From Mangrovibacterium sp. (GTDB taxonomy: Bacteria > Bacteroidota > Bacteroidia > Bacteroidales > Prolixibacteraceae), in assembly GCA_050178015.1 (NCBI GenBank), contig JBFXGM010000012.1:31967-95966 (forward strand): 64,000 nt of DNA, in the 5' to 3' direction. Below are positions 61,285 through 64,000 of this stretch, piece after piece (position 1 is the first letter of the stretch; each line of letters starts with the position of its first letter). The notes under the pieces are model-generated. The model was not told the origin of the DNA. It saw only the letters and a program-made list of their open reading frames with translations, and did no database searches. Made by a program: the position numbers and the translations under genes.

Positions 61285-63924
61285 CTATTCTATCATCGTT
61301 ATTTTCCCGGTAACCTGAAACCGACCTGAAACCGTAGTTGTAGTTTCGGCATCGGTACGACCTGCAAATCCGGGTTGTTCGCCGCCCACAACGATGGTAA
61401 ACCAGCCGGGTTCGACAACTCGTTGATCCTTTTTGTTAATCATTGACAGTTGACGTGGTTCCAGGGCAAAGCTCACCGTTTTGGTTTCGCCTTTCTTCAG
61501 GTGGATTCGTTTAAATCCTTCCAACTGACGGATGGGACGCGGTGTGGAAGCTTTTTCGTCGGTGAGGTAGAGCTGCACCACTTCATCGCCATCGCGGTCG
61601 CCGGTGTTGGTTACATCCACCGAAATGGTAACCGGTCCGTTCATATTGACTTTGGCCGGTACTTTTAAATTACCATAGCTAAATGTCGTGTAACTCAGCC
61701 CAAAGCCAAACGGATACAGTGGTTCCTGGCGGAAATAACGATAAGTGCGCCCTTCCATGTCATAATTCTCGAAATCGGGCAACTGCTCAACCGATTGGTA
61801 ATAAGTTACCGGCAAGCGTCCGGCAGGATTGTAATCGCCAAAAATCACATCGGCAATGGCATTTCCCCCCTGCTGACCGGGATAACCGGCTGTCAGAATG
61901 GCCGGAACGTTTTCGGCGGCCCAATTGATAGAAAGCGCACTGCCATTGATGAGTACCAGCACCACCGGTTTTCCGGTAGCGGCAATGGCCTGCATCAGCT
62001 CGGCCTGGGTTTTGGGCAGATCCAAACTGGTACGGTCGCCACCCGAAAAACCTTCCACTTCAACTTTCATTTCCTCCCCTTCCAGCCGTTCGTTCAGGCC
62101 CAGCACCAGCACCACCGCATCGGCTTTCTCTGCGGTTTTTACGGCTTTCTCCAACATGTTTTCCTGCGGAACCGACCACAGCAATTTAGCTGTGGCATCG
62201 CCGTAATAGTTTCGGTATTCCACTTCAACCAGATACTTTTCGCCAGCCACCAAATCTGCCATTTTGGGGTTGATGGTGCCGTGATGCTCCCGATTTCCGC
62301 CCATCTTGCTCGATTCGTGAAAAGTAACTCTCATAAACGGCTTGGCCCAATCACTAAAATAGTAGGTTCCGGTTTTGGGCGCTACCAAATACCCGGTCCA
62401 GCGAATGCTGAAGTTTCCGGTTTCCAGTCGCGGGTCGGGAGTGCCGATGTCCCACACAAAATCAATATTGTCGTCAATCTGGCTAAAAAGCGGCTCACCT
62501 TCGAAATTGTTATTGGCAAAATATTCACCACGGATGCCTTGCTTGCCGTCCGGTGTTTCCATATAGATCGATGGAATTGCGGTCATGGCGGGAATCCCTT
62601 CGGCCAAATCGCTTCCCTGGGCGTATAGCACCTTCGTGTTCGGTTCCACTTTGTTTTTAATGCCTTGCAACACGGTAACCGGGTTGGTGGGAATACCATT
62701 GTAATTTCCCCACAACGACTGAACTTCATCGGCATTGGGGCCAATCACGGCAATGCTTTTCAAGCTTTTTGAAAGTGGCAGGGTTTGCCCGGCATTTTTC
62801 AGCAGCACAATACTCTCGCGGGCAGCTTCACGGGCCAACTTATCGTGGGCCGGGTTATTATTAACAGAATACGGAATCTGCGCATAGGGCACCCGCTCCT
62901 CCGGATCGAACATACCCAGTTTGAAACGGGCAAGGAACAGGCGCTTTACAGCGACATCCAACTCGGCCTCATTAATCAGTCCTTTTTCCATGGCTTCGCC
63001 CAATGCCGGATAGGTATCGCCGCAATTCAGGTCGCAACCGGCTTTTACAGCCATTGCAGCCGCCGAAGCAGCATCGGGTACAATTTTGTGGTATTTCCAG
63101 AAATCGGAAATGGCCCCGCAATCGGAAACGATGTAGCCATCAAACTTCCATTTATTCCGAAGAATGTCGAACAGTTCGGTGCTGGCACAGGCCGGCTCGC
63201 CACGGAATCGGTTGTAGGCGCCCATCACGGAATAAGCTCCGCCATCGACCACCAGGGTGCGGAAGGCCGGCAGATAGGTTTCGTGCAGGTCGCGCTCGCT
63301 GACATCTACGTCAAACTCGTGCCGCAAAGGCTCCGGCCCCGAATGCACGGCATAGTGCTTGGCCGTGGCCACCAATTTCAGGTAGTCCGAATCACCGCCC
63401 TGCAACCCCAACACGAATTCTTTCCCTAACTGGCCGGTCAGGTATGGATCTTCGCCATATGTTTCGTGGCCGCGTCCCCAGCGCGGATCGCGGAAAATGT
63501 TGATGTTGGGCGACCAGAAGGTCAGCCCCTGGTAGATGCCCCGCTCGCCGCGACGGACAAAATCGTGGTGTTTGGCGCGGGCTTCATCGGAAATGACAGT
63601 AGCCACGCGATTTACCAGGTCAGCATTCCACGAAGCGGCAATCGAAATCGACTGCGGGAAGACCGTGGCATAACCGGCACGTGCAACCCCGTGCAAACAT
63701 TCGTTCCACCAATTGTATTTGGGGATAGCCAACCGATCGATAGCCGGAGAATTATACACTGTTTGAGCGATCTTTTCCTCCAGGGTAAGCCGCGATACAA
63801 GATCTTCTACACGTTGCTCAACCGGAAGGTCCGGGTTTTGGAAAGGATATTCATACTGGGCCCATGTCTTGAGTCCCATCGCTGCCACAAAGGCAAAAAT
63901 CAAAAATAGGTTTTTCATATTCAT
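61285..63924 (-). CDS. GH3 beta-glycosidase (beta-xylosidase/glucosidase-like) with PA14 insert and Fn3-like tail
   Basis: WWNECLHG, WSPNINIFRDPRWGRGHETYGEDP, KHYAVH, VSDCGA nucleophile, PA14 FSIRWTGYL, YPFGFGLSY; promoter TATATTTG at 63952-63959. Confidence 0.93.
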   Translation of the reverse strand: MNMKNLFLIFAFVAAMGLKTWAQYEYPFQNPDLPVEQRVEDLVSRLTLEEKIAQTVYNSPAIDRLAIPKYNWWNECLHGVARAGYATVFPQSISIAASWNADLVNRVATVISDEARAKHHDFVRRGERGIYQGLTFWSPNINIFRDPRWGRGHETYGEDPYLTGQLGKEFVLGLQGGDSDYLKLVATAKHYAVHSGPEPLRHEFDVDVSERDLHETYLPAFRTLVVDGGAYSVMGAYNRFRGEPACASTELFDILRNKWKFDGYIVSDCGAISDFWKYHKIVPDAASAAAMAVKAGCDLNCGDTYPALGEAMEKGLINEAELDVAVKRLFLARFKLGMFDPEERVPYAQIPYSVNNNPAHDKLAREAARESIVLLKNAGQTLPLSKSLKSIAVIGPNADEVQSLWGNYNGIPTNPVTVLQGIKNKVEPNTKVLYAQGSDLAEGIPAMTAIPSIYMETPDGKQGIRGEYFANNNFEGEPLFSQIDDNIDFVWDIGTPDPRLETGNFSIRWTGYLVAPKTGTYYFSDWAKPFMRVTFHESSKMGGNREHHGTINPKMADLVAGEKYLVEVEYRNYYGDATAKLLWSVPQENMLEKAVKTAEKADAVVLVLGLNERLEGEEMKVEVEGFSGGDRTSLDLPKTQAELMQAIAATGKPVVLVLINGSALSINWAAENVPAILTAGYPGQQGGNAIADVIFGDYNPAGRLPVTYYQSVEQLPDFENYDMEGRTYRYFRQEPLYPFGFGLSYTTFSYGNLKVPAKVNMNGPVTISVDVTNTGDRDGDEVVQLYLTDEKASTPRPIRQLEGFKRIHLKKGETKTVSFALEPRQLSMINKKDQRVVEPGWFTIVVGGEQPGFAGRTDAETTTTVSGRFQVTGKITMIE

Positions 63925-64000
63925 CGGTTTTGTCTGTTCTGTTCTGGTATGCAAATATACGCGATTTTCAAGATTTATACCAAAAAAAAATGAAGAGCTA

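Overview
Chromosomal window from a Bacteroidota organism; TAnnTTTG promoters, HECLGH-type DPP III and ECF/FecR/SusC/SusD cassettes suggest an environmental Bacteroidales lineage such as Prolixibacteraceae (inference). Left part (1-24 kb) is mostly housekeeping: start of a His-rich metal RND efflux operon with a RAPP-motif leader gene, tRNA-Lys and tRNA-Ser, hup, trmH, DPP III, an orphan TPR histidine kinase, a class V aminotransferase, htpG, an ABC exporter, purB, folE and a fused 2-oxoacid dehydrogenase E1. Right part (24.4-64 kb, all minus strand) is a large pectin/rhamnogalacturonan-type PUL region: esterases, GH78, GH105, GH28, PL26-like, PL22-like, unknown proteins, GH3 and three tandem ECF sigma-FecR-SusC-SusD cassettes. 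Best leads: (1) an identical hidden antisense sRNA unit at all three fecR-susC junctions, with a TAnnTTTG box overlapping each susC start codon and a terminator at each fecR stop; (2) an unannotated ~176-nt structured RNA candidate between folE and purB; (3) a likely ribosome-arrest (LRAPP) metal-sensing leader upstream of an efflux operon; (4) an esterase fused to an STN-like domain. No CRISPR array, rRNA or intact mobile element was found. Family assignments come from motif recognition and RNA folds were built by eye; no search or computation was run.
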